This document shows, piece after piece, positions 7,402-16,330 of a stretch of DNA of 61,383 nt (positions within the stretch are counted from its first letter, which is position 1; each line of letters begins with the position of its first letter). A program made the position numbers and the translations under genes. The notes under the pieces are model-generated. The model ran no database searches. It had not been told where the DNA came from and worked only from the letters and a program-made list of their open reading frames with translations. Source of the DNA: Chloroflexota bacterium. Lineage in GTDB: Bacteria; Chloroflexota; Dormibacteria; CF-121. The stretch is from the NCBI GenBank assembly GCA_005880615.1, contig VBID01000117.1, forward strand, positions 1 through 61,383. Reading direction: 5' to 3'.

Positions 7402-10400
7402 TCACCTCCCCGCCGTGGCGTCGCCGAGGATGGCTCCGGCCTGGGGCGGTATCAGCACTTCCAGGTCCGAACCATCCCGGCCCACCGTGGCCGCGTCCAT
7501 CCGATCGATCCATTGCCCGGCGCCGGCCTCCAGCCGCCGGCGCTGCGGGCGATCACTGCGGTTGAGCACGACGATGATCGATTCGTCGCCCGCGGTGCGC
7601 CGGTACGCGTACACCGCATCGTCGGCGAGGAGGGCCTGCCGGGTCCCGCGGCGGAGTGCGACCGATTCCCGCCGAAGCTGGCCCAGTCGCTGGAAGTAGA
7701 CAAGCAGCTCCGCGTCCTGATCAGTTCCCCAGGGCATGGGCAGTCGCGCTTCGGCATTCTCCCCGGCGCCATCCTGGCGCTGGGAGAGGCCGACTTCGGT
7801 GCCGTAGTACAGGATGGGGAGGCCGGGCAGGGTGAGCAGGGCCAGCGCTGCCAGCCGGAGTTTTGCCTTGTCGCCGCCAGCCAACCACAGGAACCGGTTC
7901 ATGTCGTGGTTGTCGAGGATCGTCCCCCGCACCAGGCCCGCCAGCGACTGCTCGTGACGCTGCAGGGCTCGATCGAATTCTTTTAGTCGGATGGTCCCGT
8001 CGGCAAAGGTGCGGCGCAGCAGACCAGCCAGCCCGAAGTCGACGACCCCGTCCAGCCGGCCGCGGTACGGGGCGACGTCGGCGTCTTCTCCCGCCACCTC
8101 ACCGAGGAGGAAGGCATCGGGGCGGACCTTTCGCAACTCACGGCGCAACCGGACCCAGAAGGCGGGATCGACTCCGGGGACGTGGTCCAGCCGGAAGCCA
8201 TCGACGCCGAATTCGGTCACCCAATGCCGCGCCACCCCCACCAGGTACTCCTGCACCGTGTCCTGGCTGGTGTCGAGCTCGGGGAGAACGATGTGATCGA
8301 AAAACGACCGGTAATAGTGCGGCCACTGCCAGAACCGGTAGAAGCTGGCCGGCCCGGCGTCCTCCTGCACGGCCTTGACAAACAGCGGGTGGGTTCGCCC
8401 GGTGTGGTTGGGCACAAAGTCGAGGATCACGCGCACACCCCGGGCATGCACCTCCTCCACCAGGCGATGAAGGGCGGCGTCGCCGCCGTAGCGAGGCTCG
8501 ACCGCGAAATGGTCGGCCTGGTCGTAGCCGTGATGGCTCGGGCTGCGCAGCACCGGGCTGAGCCACAGCACGTTCACGCCCAGGGCTGCGATGTGGTCGA
8601 GGTGGTCCCGAATGCCATCCAGGGTGCCACCGTAGAGCTGCGTGGCCGAGCCCAGCGGCGGCCACGGCTGGCCACCCGCCATGGCGAACCGATCCACCAT
8701 GACGTGGTAGGCAAGGGCGTCGCTGGCCCAGTCCGGCGGGTCGGCCGGTTCCACCTCGACAGCAAATTCCTGGCCCCCAAGGCGGGGATCGGCGTCGGTG
8801 GCGTAGAGGGGCGGGCCATCCGGCCGATCGCCCCGGATGCGATAGCGGACCACCGTGGCGGGCTCCGCGATGGGCAGGGTGGCCCGCCACACCGTCACCC
8901 CGTGGCCGTTGGAGGCAGCCTTGACCAGCGGCAGCGCAGCCCCGCCTGCAATCTCAGCGGTGACCGACTTCAGCGCCACTCCGGCCCGCGATTCCACCTC
9001 CAGCTCTGGTGCCGCCCCGGCCGTGCCGGCCGGCACTGGCAGCCCGTAATGGAACAGACCGCCATACAGAGCCCGGGCACGCCGCAGTCGTTGGGCTGAT
9101 GGGTTGTCGTCGAAGAAGTAGTCCCGGCTATGTTGAGCCGGCGGCGGGATCATCGCGTGCACGACTTCGAGGAACCAGGCGTGCGCCCAGGCGAGCGGGA
9201 CCACCCAGATGGCTGCACCGGTCCTGGCATCGACTTGCTCCCCCAGCAGGCCGGTCGCGGTGCGATCCTGCAGGACGCGATCGATGAGCGGAAGCGCGTC
9301 GCGGGTCCGGCCCGTGCGCAGGTAGTGCCAGGCCAGCCACAGGCTGAACAGGGGCCAGGGGTTGCCGCCGCGGTAGGTGTCGCCGCGGTAGCGTCGCACC
9401 CGGCCCGAGGGCAGGACCAGGGCTTTCTCGATAGCCTGGACGGTGGCCATCAGGCGCGGGTCGTCAGCGGCCAGTACGCCGAAGGGCACGCTTAGCCCCA
9501 GCAGGCTGGCATCCGGCGTGAAGTCCGGGACCGGCTCGACACTGTGATCCTGGACCAGGGCCCGGGCCAGCGCCCCGCTCCGGGGGTCGACCGGCCAGGC
9601 GTCCAGGGCCATGCGCAGCCGTTCTTCGCATCGCGACAGCAGCGAGCCGGCTTCGCGATCGTGGGCGTCGCGAGCACGTGCCGCCCAGGCGGTGGCGGCC
9701 GCCAGCAGGGCCGCCAGCGTGTAGAGGTGGGCGGCGTCCTGGTCCTCCCACAGGTTCTGCGTCACCGGCGGCCAGCCCGTTTCGGCGGCCAGCTGGGTGA
9801 CGGCGCGAAACGTGCGGACCGCGGCCGGCAGGCCTCGCTCCGCCAGCGAGCCGTCCCACGCGACGCGGAGATGCTGGTCCAGTCCCCAGAGAACGGCGGC
9901 GCTTTCGTCCAGCTGATGGACCGCCCACGACGGCGCCCGGACACCGTCGGCGAAATAGCGCTGCTCCCAGATGCCGCTATCCGGCTGCAGCGCCAGGATC
10001 CATTCGTAGAAAGCACGGGAGGCCCCCCGTTCGCCCGCGACATCGAGGGCGTGGGCAATGAACGCCCCATCGCGCGGCCAGCTATACCCGTAGCCGCCGC
10101 TGCCCCGGTACTGGGCGTCCACCGGCGGCGCCGCCATCAGGGCGCCGCTGCGGTCAGTCAGTTGGGCGATCGTCAGAATGCTGCGCGCGTAGCCGTCGGA
10201 GGCCGGGGCGCGAACCCGGGCCAGGCCCGCGATGCCGTCCAGCGCCGCCGCCCGGGTTGCCCCGCTCAGCGGCGGTGGCGCGAATTCCGACGGCCACCCG
10301 GCGGAGCCGTCCAGCTGGCGGCGGAGCTCGACCAGGCGATCGATCACCTCCGGCGACGAGCCCAGCGCGATAAGCAGCAGGACAGGGCGCCCCGACTGGG

Positions 10401-10983
10401 CCGTGACGTCAAGCGTCGCGGCGACCTCGCCAACCGCCGCCAGCCGGGAGCCGGCCGGACGGCTCACGCCACCCCCACCCGCACCCTTCGCCTGGGCGCG
10501 GACCTCCGAAGCCCGCGGGCTCGCCCCGATGGCCAGCGCGTATTCGCGGAAGTAGGCGTACAGCACATCGCGGTCGGGATGGTAGATGAGGGCATTGGCC
10601 AGCACCTGGCCTCCCACCTGTGGCGCCAGCTCCCACCGGAGCCGGGCCGCGGCGGGCCCGTCGATGCGGACCGCAATGGCCAGGGCATCCCCGATGGCCG
10701 CGGCCCGCTGCTCGATCCGCAGGCGGCCTCCAGCTCGCTCCGAGCGGGTGGTCAGGACGTTGGTGCCCGGCACGTAGGTCTGCACGTGGCGCCAGCCGGG
10801 TCCGTCCAGCCAGTCCAGCGTCCGGGTACCGATCGCGATGCGGCTCGACCGCACGTGCTGCGGATAGTCCAGGTGGGGACCGGTGAGCATGCGCAGCGAC
10901 CCGGCCCCGTCGAATCCGGCCAGCAGCCGGCCGTTCCCCACGATGGCCGCAACTTCCAGCGGTGTCGGCGCGGGCCGGACCAC
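7402..10983 (-). CDS. GH15 glucoamylase - GH13 neopullulanase/cyclomaltodextrinase fusion protein
   Basis: N-half GH15 (YSWPRD, LWED, LGEQV, PLAWAHA); C-half GH13 (HHGYD, DFVPNH, DGFRLD, GEV, DNHD, YYGTEVG); SD GAGGGAAG before GTG. Confidence 0.9.
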   Translation of the reverse strand: MVRPAPTPLEVAAIVGNGRLLAGFDGAGSLRMLTGPHLDYPQHVRSSRIAIGTRTLDWLDGPGWRHVQTYVPGTNVLTTRSERAGGRLRIEQRAAAIGDALAIAVRIDGPAAARLRWELAPQVGGQVLANALIYHPDRDVLYAYFREYALAIGASPRASEVRAQAKGAGGGGVSRPAGSRLAAVGEVAATLDVTAQSGRPVLLLIALGSSPEVIDRLVELRRQLDGSAGWPSEFAPPPLSGATRAAALDGIAGLARVRAPASDGYARSILTIAQLTDRSGALMAAPPVDAQYRGSGGYGYSWPRDGAFIAHALDVAGERGASRAFYEWILALQPDSGIWEQRYFADGVRAPSWAVHQLDESAAVLWGLDQHLRVAWDGSLAERGLPAAVRTFRAVTQLAAETGWPPVTQNLWEDQDAAHLYTLAALLAAATAWAARARDAHDREAGSLLSRCEERLRMALDAWPVDPRSGALARALVQDHSVEPVPDFTPDASLLGLSVPFGVLAADDPRLMATVQAIEKALVLPSGRVRRYRGDTYRGGNPWPLFSLWLAWHYLRTGRTRDALPLIDRVLQDRTATGLLGEQVDARTGAAIWVVPLAWAHAWFLEVVHAMIPPPAQHSRDYFFDDNPSAQRLRRARALYGGLFHYGLPVPAGTAGAAPELEVESRAGVALKSVTAEIAGGAALPLVKAASNGHGVTVWRATLPIAEPATVVRYRIRGDRPDGPPLYATDADPRLGGQEFAVEVEPADPPDWASDALAYHVMVDRFAMAGGQPWPPLGSATQLYGGTLDGIRDHLDHIAALGVNVLWLSPVLRSPSHHGYDQADHFAVEPRYGGDAALHRLVEEVHARGVRVILDFVPNHTGRTHPLFVKAVQEDAGPASFYRFWQWPHYYRSFFDHIVLPELDTSQDTVQEYLVGVARHWVTEFGVDGFRLDHVPGVDPAFWVRLRRELRKVRPDAFLLGEVAGEDADVAPYRGRLDGVVDFGLAGLLRRTFADGTIRLKEFDRALQRHEQSLAGLVRGTILDNHDMNRFLWLAGGDKAKLRLAALALLTLPGLPILYYGTEVGLSQRQDGAGENAEARLPMPWGTDQDAELLVYFQRLGQLRRESVALRRGTRQALLADDAVYAYRRTAGDESIIVVLNRSDRPQRRRLEAGAGQWIDRMDAATVGRDGSDLEVLIPPQAGAILGDATAGR

Positions 10984-11007
10984 CTTCCCTCTTCTTCCCC
11001 TCTTGTC

Positions 11008-11034
11008 CTAAAACGCTTTACTAAAGCGCTTTAG
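11008..11034. promoter_or_regulatory. tandem LacI-type operators
   Basis: Perfect palindrome CTAAAGCGCTTTAG (11021-11034) plus adjacent CTAAAACGCTTTAC (11008-11021), just downstream of the operon promoter. Confidence 0.8.
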
Positions 11035-11037
11035 GCG

Positions 11038-11066
11038 ACTGTAGCGGGCTCCCCGAGCCGTGTCAA
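11038..11066 (-). promoter_or_regulatory. sigma70/SigA promoter of the maltodextrin operon
   Basis: Minus strand TTGACA-17 nt-TACAGT. Confidence 0.8.
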
Positions 11067-11100
11067 GCCGGAAACAGCTGTTCGGGCTGGGCCGCCGCCA

Positions 11101-11131
11101 CCCTCCCCTACCATTCCCAATGGAGAGGGGA
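11101..11131. repeat. REP-like CCCTACC...GGAGAGGGG palindrome, copy 1
   Basis: Similar hairpins at 17202 and 53045, each just downstream of a gene end. Confidence 0.5.
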
Positions 11132-11135
11132 ACCT

Positions 11136-12212
11136 TTAGGCGATGGTTACCTGGTCCATCAGGTAAACGTCCTGGACCGCATTCAGCAACGCCACGCCGT
11201 CTTTGAACGGTCGCTGGAAGGCCTTGCGCCCGGTGATCAGGCCCATCCCGCCGGCCCGCTTGTTGATGACGGCGGTCTTAACCGCCTCCTTGAGATCGTT
11301 GTCCCCCACCGAGGCGCCGCCCGAGTTGATCAGGCCGCTGCGGCCCAGGTAGCAGTTGATGACCTGGTAGCGGGTGAGGTCGATAGGATGGTTGGTGGTC
11401 AGCTTGTCGTAGACCTTGGCGGTGGTCTTGCCGAATTTCAGGACCTCAAAGCCCCGGTTGGTCTCCGGCAGTTTCTGCTTGATGATGTCGGCCTCGATGC
11501 TGACTCCCAGGTGGTTCGCCTGGCCGGTCAGGTCGGCGGCAAGGTGGTAGTCGACGCCATCCTTCACAAACGCCGCATTGCGGAGATAGCACCAGAGCAC
11601 CGTGGCCATGCCCAGCTGATGAGCTTCATGAAAGGCCACCGCGATCTCCTGCAGTTGCCGGTCGGCCTGGTCTGAACCGAAATAGATGGTGGCCCCCACG
11701 GCCACCGCACCCAGCTCCCACGCCTCCTTGACCGTGCCGAACAGGATCTGGTCGTACTTGTTGGGGTAGGTGAGCAGCTCGTTGTGGTTGAGCTTGCAGA
11801 TGAAGGGGATCCGGTGCGCGTACTTGCGCGCCACCGAGCCCAGCACCCCGAAGGTGGAGGCCACCGCGTTGCAGCCGCCTTCGATGGCCAGCTCCACGAT
11901 TTTCTCTCCGTCGAAATAGGCGGGGTTGGCCGCAAATGAGGCGCCGGCCGTATGCTCGATCCCCTGGTCCACCGGCAGGATGGACAGGTAGCCGGTGCCA
12001 CCCAATCGGCCGTGGTCGAACAGCGACTGCAGGCTGCGCAGGGCCCGGGTGGGCCGATCGCTGCCGATCCAGATCCGTTCCACGAAGTCCGGACCGGGCA
12101 GATGCAGTTGAGATTTGGGAATGGTGTTCGAGGTGTGCTGCAGGAGATCCTTGGCATCGTCGCCGAGGATGGACTCCAGCGCGGTTAGCGAGGTCGCGGT
12201 AGCGGTTGCCAT
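11136..12212 (-). CDS. fbaB: class I fructose-bisphosphate aldolase
   Basis: [26 protein letters not shown] and [10 protein letters not shown] motifs; SD GGAGGA. Confidence 0.95.
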   Translation of the reverse strand: MATATATSLTALESILGDDAKDLLQHTSNTIPKSQLHLPGPDFVERIWIGSDRPTRALRSLQSLFDHGRLGGTGYLSILPVDQGIEHTAGASFAANPAYFDGEKIVELAIEGGCNAVASTFGVLGSVARKYAHRIPFICKLNHNELLTYPNKYDQILFGTVKEAWELGAVAVGATIYFGSDQADRQLQEIAVAFHEAHQLGMATVLWCYLRNAAFVKDGVDYHLAADLTGQANHLGVSIEADIIKQKLPETNRGFEVLKFGKTTAKVYDKLTTNHPIDLTRYQVINCYLGRSGLINSGGASVGDNDLKEAVKTAVINKRAGGMGLITGRKAFQRPFKDGVALLNAVQDVYLMDQVTIA

Positions 12213-12251
12213 CCAGCTCGTCCTCCAATGGAACGGTTTGCTTTCAGTTTA

Positions 12252-12265
12252 GTCTGGATTCGGGC
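12252..12265. repeat. 14-bp end remnant of the MITE family
   Basis: TTA|GTCTGGATTCGGGC|TAA. Confidence 0.55.
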
Positions 12266-12295
12266 TAAGTCCGGCGCTGACCCTACACTGGGGCG

Positions 12296-13087
12296 GTGCG
12301 CAGGCGGACGGTGACGGTCGCCGTCGGGGTGGCCACCGGTCTGCTAGCCGGGCTGCTGGGCGTGGGGGGCGGCCTGATTATGGTGCCCGGGATGACGCAG
12401 CTGCTGAAGATGCGCCAGCACGAGGCGGTCGGCACCTCACTGCTGGTGATCATCCCCATCGCCCTGGTGGGCGCCCTGGTGCTGGGCCAGAGCCACGACG
12501 TCGATCCCCTGGTGGGCGTGATCCTGGCGGTCGCCTCGATTGGCGGCGCCGTGCTGGGCGCCAGGCTCACCCGGACGCTCTCGGACCGGACCCTGCGCCG
12601 CGTGTTCGCGATAGCGGTGCTCGTGGTCGCGGTCATCATGCTCGTCAGTGCTGGTGCCACCATGCTGCACGAGGGCATCGGCTTCCACCCGGGCTCCCGC
12701 CCCTCGGGGGCGCTGCTGGTCGTCCTCGGGCTCGCCATCGGCCTGCTGACCGGCATCGTCAGCGGGCTGCTCGGCATTGGCGGCGGCATCGTCATGGTCC
12801 CGGCGATGGTGCTCAGCCTGGGGCTATCCCAACACCTGGCTCAGGGCACCTCGCTGTTCGTCATCGTTCCCACCGCGGCCGCGGGCTCGGTCACCCACTT
12901 CCGGCTGGGGAACATCCGGCTGGTCGTGGCGGGCTGGCTCGCCATCGGCGGCGTCGCCGGGGCCCTCGCCGGAGCCATGCTGGCCCTGCTGGTGCCCGAC
13001 CAGGGGCTTCGCCTCCTGTTCGCGCTCTTCCTGCTCTACACCAGTGCTCGCTTGTTTAGAGACCCCGGTGCGGCAGCCGTAGAATGA
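12296..13087 (+). CDS. sulfite exporter TauE/SafE family protein
   Basis: Duplicated GLLG(V/I)GGG..MVP and GTSL motifs, about 8 TM helices; TACACT 6 nt before GTG. Confidence 0.9.
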   Translation: MRRRTVTVAVGVATGLLAGLLGVGGGLIMVPGMTQLLKMRQHEAVGTSLLVIIPIALVGALVLGQSHDVDPLVGVILAVASIGGAVLGARLTRTLSDRTLRRVFAIAVLVVAVIMLVSAGATMLHEGIGFHPGSRPSGALLVVLGLAIGLLTGIVSGLLGIGGGIVMVPAMVLSLGLSQHLAQGTSLFVIVPTAAAGSVTHFRLGNIRLVVAGWLAIGGVAGALAGAMLALLVPDQGLRLLFALFLLYTSARLFRDPGAAAVE

Positions 13088-13094
13088 GACCCCG

Positions 13095-13448
13095 ATGTCT
13101 CTGACCGACGCCGCCGTCTACGTGTTTGGCGGGTATGTCGTCTTGATCATTCTGGTGGCGGCGTTCCTCAGCATTTCGAGTGGGGTGGGCGAGCAGGCAG
13201 CTGTTGTCGCCGAGCCGGAGGATAGCGGCCCACTGGTGCTCCGTCAGCAGCAGGGCGTGATGCCACCCAAGCCCTGGGGATTCCGACCCGCCGTCAAGCA
13301 CTCGCACTATGACCCGGCGCCCTGGCAGGTGCGCCCTCCCGAAGGCGAGGAGGACAGCCTGGAGAATGTCGACCGCGCCACCGAGATCAAACGCGAGCTG
13401 GGCAGCGAGCACCCGCCCTGGGACCGGCTGGACCGGCGCGGCCTCTAG
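13095..13448 (+). CDS. hypothetical protein with N-terminal TM helix
   Basis: Hydrophobic N-terminus followed by a charged tail; fills the intergenic space; GC3-rich codons. Confidence 0.6.
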   Translation: MSLTDAAVYVFGGYVVLIILVAAFLSISSGVGEQAAVVAEPEDSGPLVLRQQQGVMPPKPWGFRPAVKHSHYDPAPWQVRPPEGEEDSLENVDRATEIKRELGSEHPPWDRLDRRGL

Positions 13449-13455
13449 ACCCGGG

Positions 13456-13860
13456 CTACGCGCCCGCCGGCCTGTCCAGCTGTCCGACCAGCTCCGTCAC
13501 GCGGTGCCCGATGTCGTCACGGGTGGCCCGTACTTCTGCCAGCGGCCGTCCCGCCGGATCCGGCAGATCCCAGTCGACGTACCGCTTCCCCGGGAGGTAG
13601 GGGCACTCGTCACCGCAGCCCATGGTGACCACCACGTCAGCCCATTCCGCCAGGTCATCGGTCAACGGTCGCGGCACGCGTCCGGAAAGGTCGATCCCGA
13701 CCTCCCGCATGGCCTCGACCGCGGCCGGATGGACCCGCGGTCCGGGTTGCGTGCCCGCGGATCGGGCTTCGTGCCGCCCCTGGGCGGCCCGCTCGAACAG
13801 TGCCTGGCTCATCTGCGAGCGGCCGGCATTGTGCAGGCAGACGAAGAGGACCCGGGCCAC
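13456..13860 (-). CDS. arsC: arsenate reductase (LMW-PTP fold)
   Basis: FVCLHNAGRSQM, TMGCGDECP and DWDLPDP motifs. Confidence 0.92.
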   Translation of the reverse strand: MARVLFVCLHNAGRSQMSQALFERAAQGRHEARSAGTQPGPRVHPAAVEAMREVGIDLSGRVPRPLTDDLAEWADVVVTMGCGDECPYLPGKRYVDWDLPDPAGRPLAEVRATRDDIGHRVTELVGQLDRPAGA

Positions 13861-13869
13861 GGCTCGGCG

Positions 13870-14211
13870 CTAGCCGACGACGTCCATCAGGGCTCGGGTG
13901 GCGGGCTCGAGCTGGGGGCGAAGGCGGTAGTAGGACCAGATGCCCTTGCGCGACACCTCCACCAGGCCGGCGGCGCGCAACTTGCTCATGTGGTGCGAGA
14001 TGGTGGGCTGCGAGAAATTGAATGCCGCCGTAAAGTCGCAGATGCAGACGGGCTGCTGCGCGCGTTTCAGCATCCCGATCATCTGCAAGCGGGTGGGATC
14101 GGCCAGCGCCTTCAGCACGTCAACCGTGCGATCCACCCGGCCTGGCGAGAGCGGCATGGGCGGTGGGGAGCAGACCCCCTTCGCCCGGTCGGGTACCGCG
14201 AAGGCCTTCAT
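13870..14211 (-). CDS. arsR: ArsR/SmtB family transcriptional repressor
   Basis: KALADPTRL, CICDF, SQPTISHHM..LRAAGLV. Confidence 0.9.
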   Translation of the reverse strand: MKAFAVPDRAKGVCSPPPMPLSPGRVDRTVDVLKALADPTRLQMIGMLKRAQQPVCICDFTAAFNFSQPTISHHMSKLRAAGLVEVSRKGIWSYYRLRPQLEPATRALMDVVG

Positions 14212-14231
14212 CGATTTCAGTGTAGCATACC

Positions 14232-14284
14232 CATTGACAAACGTCTATCGATGCGATAGCCTATGGCATAGATCGTTGTCGATG
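14232..14284 (+). promoter_or_regulatory. arsM promoter with two ArsR-type inverted repeats
   Basis: TTGACA (14234)-17 nt-TAGCCT (14257); IRs ATTGAC-N4-GTCTAT over the -35 and ATAGAT-N4-GTCGAT downstream of the -10. Confidence 0.7.
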
Positions 14285-14316
14285 GAGACGGCGAACTCCC
14301 ACTCAGGAGGTCGGAC

Positions 14317-15087
14317 ATGGACTCGATCCGCGACGCGGTGCGCAGCCGATACGCCAGGACTGCGATCCAGATGCAGGAAACCGGCAGGTGTTGCGATTCG
14401 GCGTGCTGCGGGGGCACCGACGCCATCTCCGGACCCATTCACGAGGCGGACTACGTCACCTCAGAGCTGGCGGAGGTGGGCCTGACCACCGGCGCCAGCC
14501 TGGGCTGTGGCAACCCCACCGCCCTGGCGGAGCTCCACCCCGGCGAGATCGTGCTCGACCTCGGCAGCGGGGCCGGCCTTGACGTCCTGCTGTCGGCCCG
14601 CCGGGTGGCGCCCGATGGTCACGCCTATGGGGTCGACATGACCGACGAGATGCTCGCCCTCGCCAACGCCAACAAGGCCAAGGCGGGCATCCAGAACGCC
14701 ACCTTCCTGAAGGGCACCATCGAAGCCGTGCCGCTTCCAGATGCCTCCACCGACGTCGTGATTTCCAACTGCGTCATCAACCTGGCCGCGGACAAGAGCG
14801 CTGTGCTCCGGGAAGCCTTCAGGGTGCTCAGACCGGGTGGACGGCTGGCAGTCGCCGATATGGTGGAGGTGGAGCCGCTGCCGGCGGAAGTGAAGGGCGC
14901 CCTGGATGCGTGGTCGGGTTGCGTGGCCGGGACGATCCCGGTGGCCGCTTACGAGTCGGCCCTGGTCTCGGCCGGTTTTGTTGACCTGGAGGTCGAGATC
15001 ACACAGACCTTCGGTCCCGGCGAAGCCGGGCTGCCCGCCGGCGACGGAAAGATCGCCAGCGCCTACATCCGCGCCCGGAGGCCTTAG
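14317..15087 (+). CDS. arsM: arsenite S-adenosylmethionine methyltransferase
   Basis: SLGCGNP, LDLGSGAGLD, ISNCVINL and WSGCVAG motifs; N-terminal CC..CC; SD AGGAGG. Confidence 0.93.
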   Translation: MDSIRDAVRSRYARTAIQMQETGRCCDSACCGGTDAISGPIHEADYVTSELAEVGLTTGASLGCGNPTALAELHPGEIVLDLGSGAGLDVLLSARRVAPDGHAYGVDMTDEMLALANANKAKAGIQNATFLKGTIEAVPLPDASTDVVISNCVINLAADKSAVLREAFRVLRPGGRLAVADMVEVEPLPAEVKGALDAWSGCVAGTIPVAAYESALVSAGFVDLEVEITQTFGPGEAGLPAGDGKIASAYIRARRP

Positions 15088-15100
15088 CCCGGATCCGGGC
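15087..15100. repeat. 14-bp perfect palindromic end remnant of the MITE family
   Basis: TTA|GCCCGGATCCGGGC|TTA, overlapping the arsM stop codon. Confidence 0.7.
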
Positions 15101-15117
15101 TTAGCCCCACTCGCCGG

Positions 15118-15987
15118 TTAGAGGTGGTCGAGCGACTCCAGCTCCGCTGGGATGAGCTTCAGGCTGGCGGCGACGACGTTCTCCTCCAGGTGCGCGACCT
15201 TCGACGTCCCCGGGATGAGCAGCGTTGCCGTAGAGTGCGCCAGTAACCAGGCGAGAGCCACCTGCGATGGCGTGGCGCGGTAGCGGGTCGCGATCTCATG
15301 CAGCGGCCCACCCTGCCGTTCGCTGCTATCGGCGAGCGGCCGCCACGGGATGAAGACCAGGCCCCGTTCCTCACAATCCTGTAGCACTGGTTCCGACGAG
15401 CGATCGGTGAGGCTGTACTTGTTCTGGACCGACACAATCGGGGTCATCCGCTGCGCCCGTTCCAGCTGATCGACATCGACGTTCGAGAGTCCGATGTGGC
15501 GGATCTTTCCCTCGCGCTTGAGCTCGACCAGGGTCCCCACGGACTCCTCGAAGGGAACCTTCGGGTCCGGTCGATGAAACTGGTAGAGATCAATCTGGTC
15601 GACTCGCAGCCGCCGGAGGCTACCCTCGCACGCCTTCCGTAGGTACTGCGGCCGGCCGTCGGGCTCCCAGCGGCCCGGGCCTGGTCTCACGAGTCCCCCC
15701 TTGGTCCCGATCACCAGCTCCTCGGGATAGGGATAGAGAGCCTCGGCGATCAGCCGCTCGCTGACCTCCGGACCGTACGAATCGGCGGTATCGATGAAGT
15801 TCACCCCGACCTGGATGGCCCGCCGAAGCACCCGCTTGCACTCCTCCGGATCGCCGGGCTCCCCCCAGATTCCCTCGCCGGTGATCCGCATCGCCCCAAA
15901 CCCCATCCGCCGCACCGGCAGATCGCCGCCCAGGGCGATGATGCCGGCCGCCTCCGCGGTGATGGTGGTCGTTCTCTGCTGAGCCAT
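15118..15987 (-). CDS. aldo/keto reductase
   Basis: GFGAMR, FIDTADSYG, TKGG, KIRHIGLSN and IPGTS motifs. Confidence 0.93.
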   Translation of the reverse strand: MAQQRTTTITAEAAGIIALGGDLPVRRMGFGAMRITGEGIWGEPGDPEECKRVLRRAIQVGVNFIDTADSYGPEVSERLIAEALYPYPEELVIGTKGGLVRPGPGRWEPDGRPQYLRKACEGSLRRLRVDQIDLYQFHRPDPKVPFEESVGTLVELKREGKIRHIGLSNVDVDQLERAQRMTPIVSVQNKYSLTDRSSEPVLQDCEERGLVFIPWRPLADSSERQGGPLHEIATRYRATPSQVALAWLLAHSTATLLIPGTSKVAHLEENVVAASLKLIPAELESLDHL

Positions 15988-15998
15988 CTTGCCTCCTG

Positions 15999-16313
15999 TT
16001 ATTCGCCTAACTCGCGGCTGACACGGTCGAGTACGTCCAGCATGCGGCGCGAGGTCGCATGGAGCGAGTCCTGCAGCAAGCTGAGCGTGTGATGGGCGTC
16101 GGCCAGGATGTCGGCCTCAGCGCCCAGTTCGCGGCCGTCGGGCTCTCCAAAGCGGGTCAGGACCTGCCGGTAGAGGAGCAGGAACCGCTGCTCCGCGAGG
16201 GCCAGGCAGGCTGCCAGGGTGAGCGCCGCTTCGTCCTCGGCAGTGGGGTCGAGGCTCTGCAGAGCCTGCCAGGCCGGCCCAGACAGGTTGCTGTGGCCCG
16301 CGCCCTCCTCCAT
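15999..16313 (-). CDS. hypothetical helical protein (104 aa)
   Basis: Protein-like composition; TAGAAT 6 nt before ATG; abuts the AKR gene. Confidence 0.6.
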   Translation of the reverse strand: MEEGAGHSNLSGPAWQALQSLDPTAEDEAALTLAACLALAEQRFLLLYRQVLTRFGEPDGRELGAEADILADAHHTLSLLQDSLHATSRRMLDVLDRVSRELGE

Positions 16314-16330
16314 ATCGGCATTCTAGTGTG

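Noticed and set aside
1447-11034. Long plus-strand ORFs (1447-2496, 5886-7379, 9544-11034) and similar antisense ORFs elsewhere (20673-22145, 23356-24672, 46144-47679, 47780-49414)
   Set aside because: Antisense shadows of well-supported genes in high-GC DNA; no recognisable motifs
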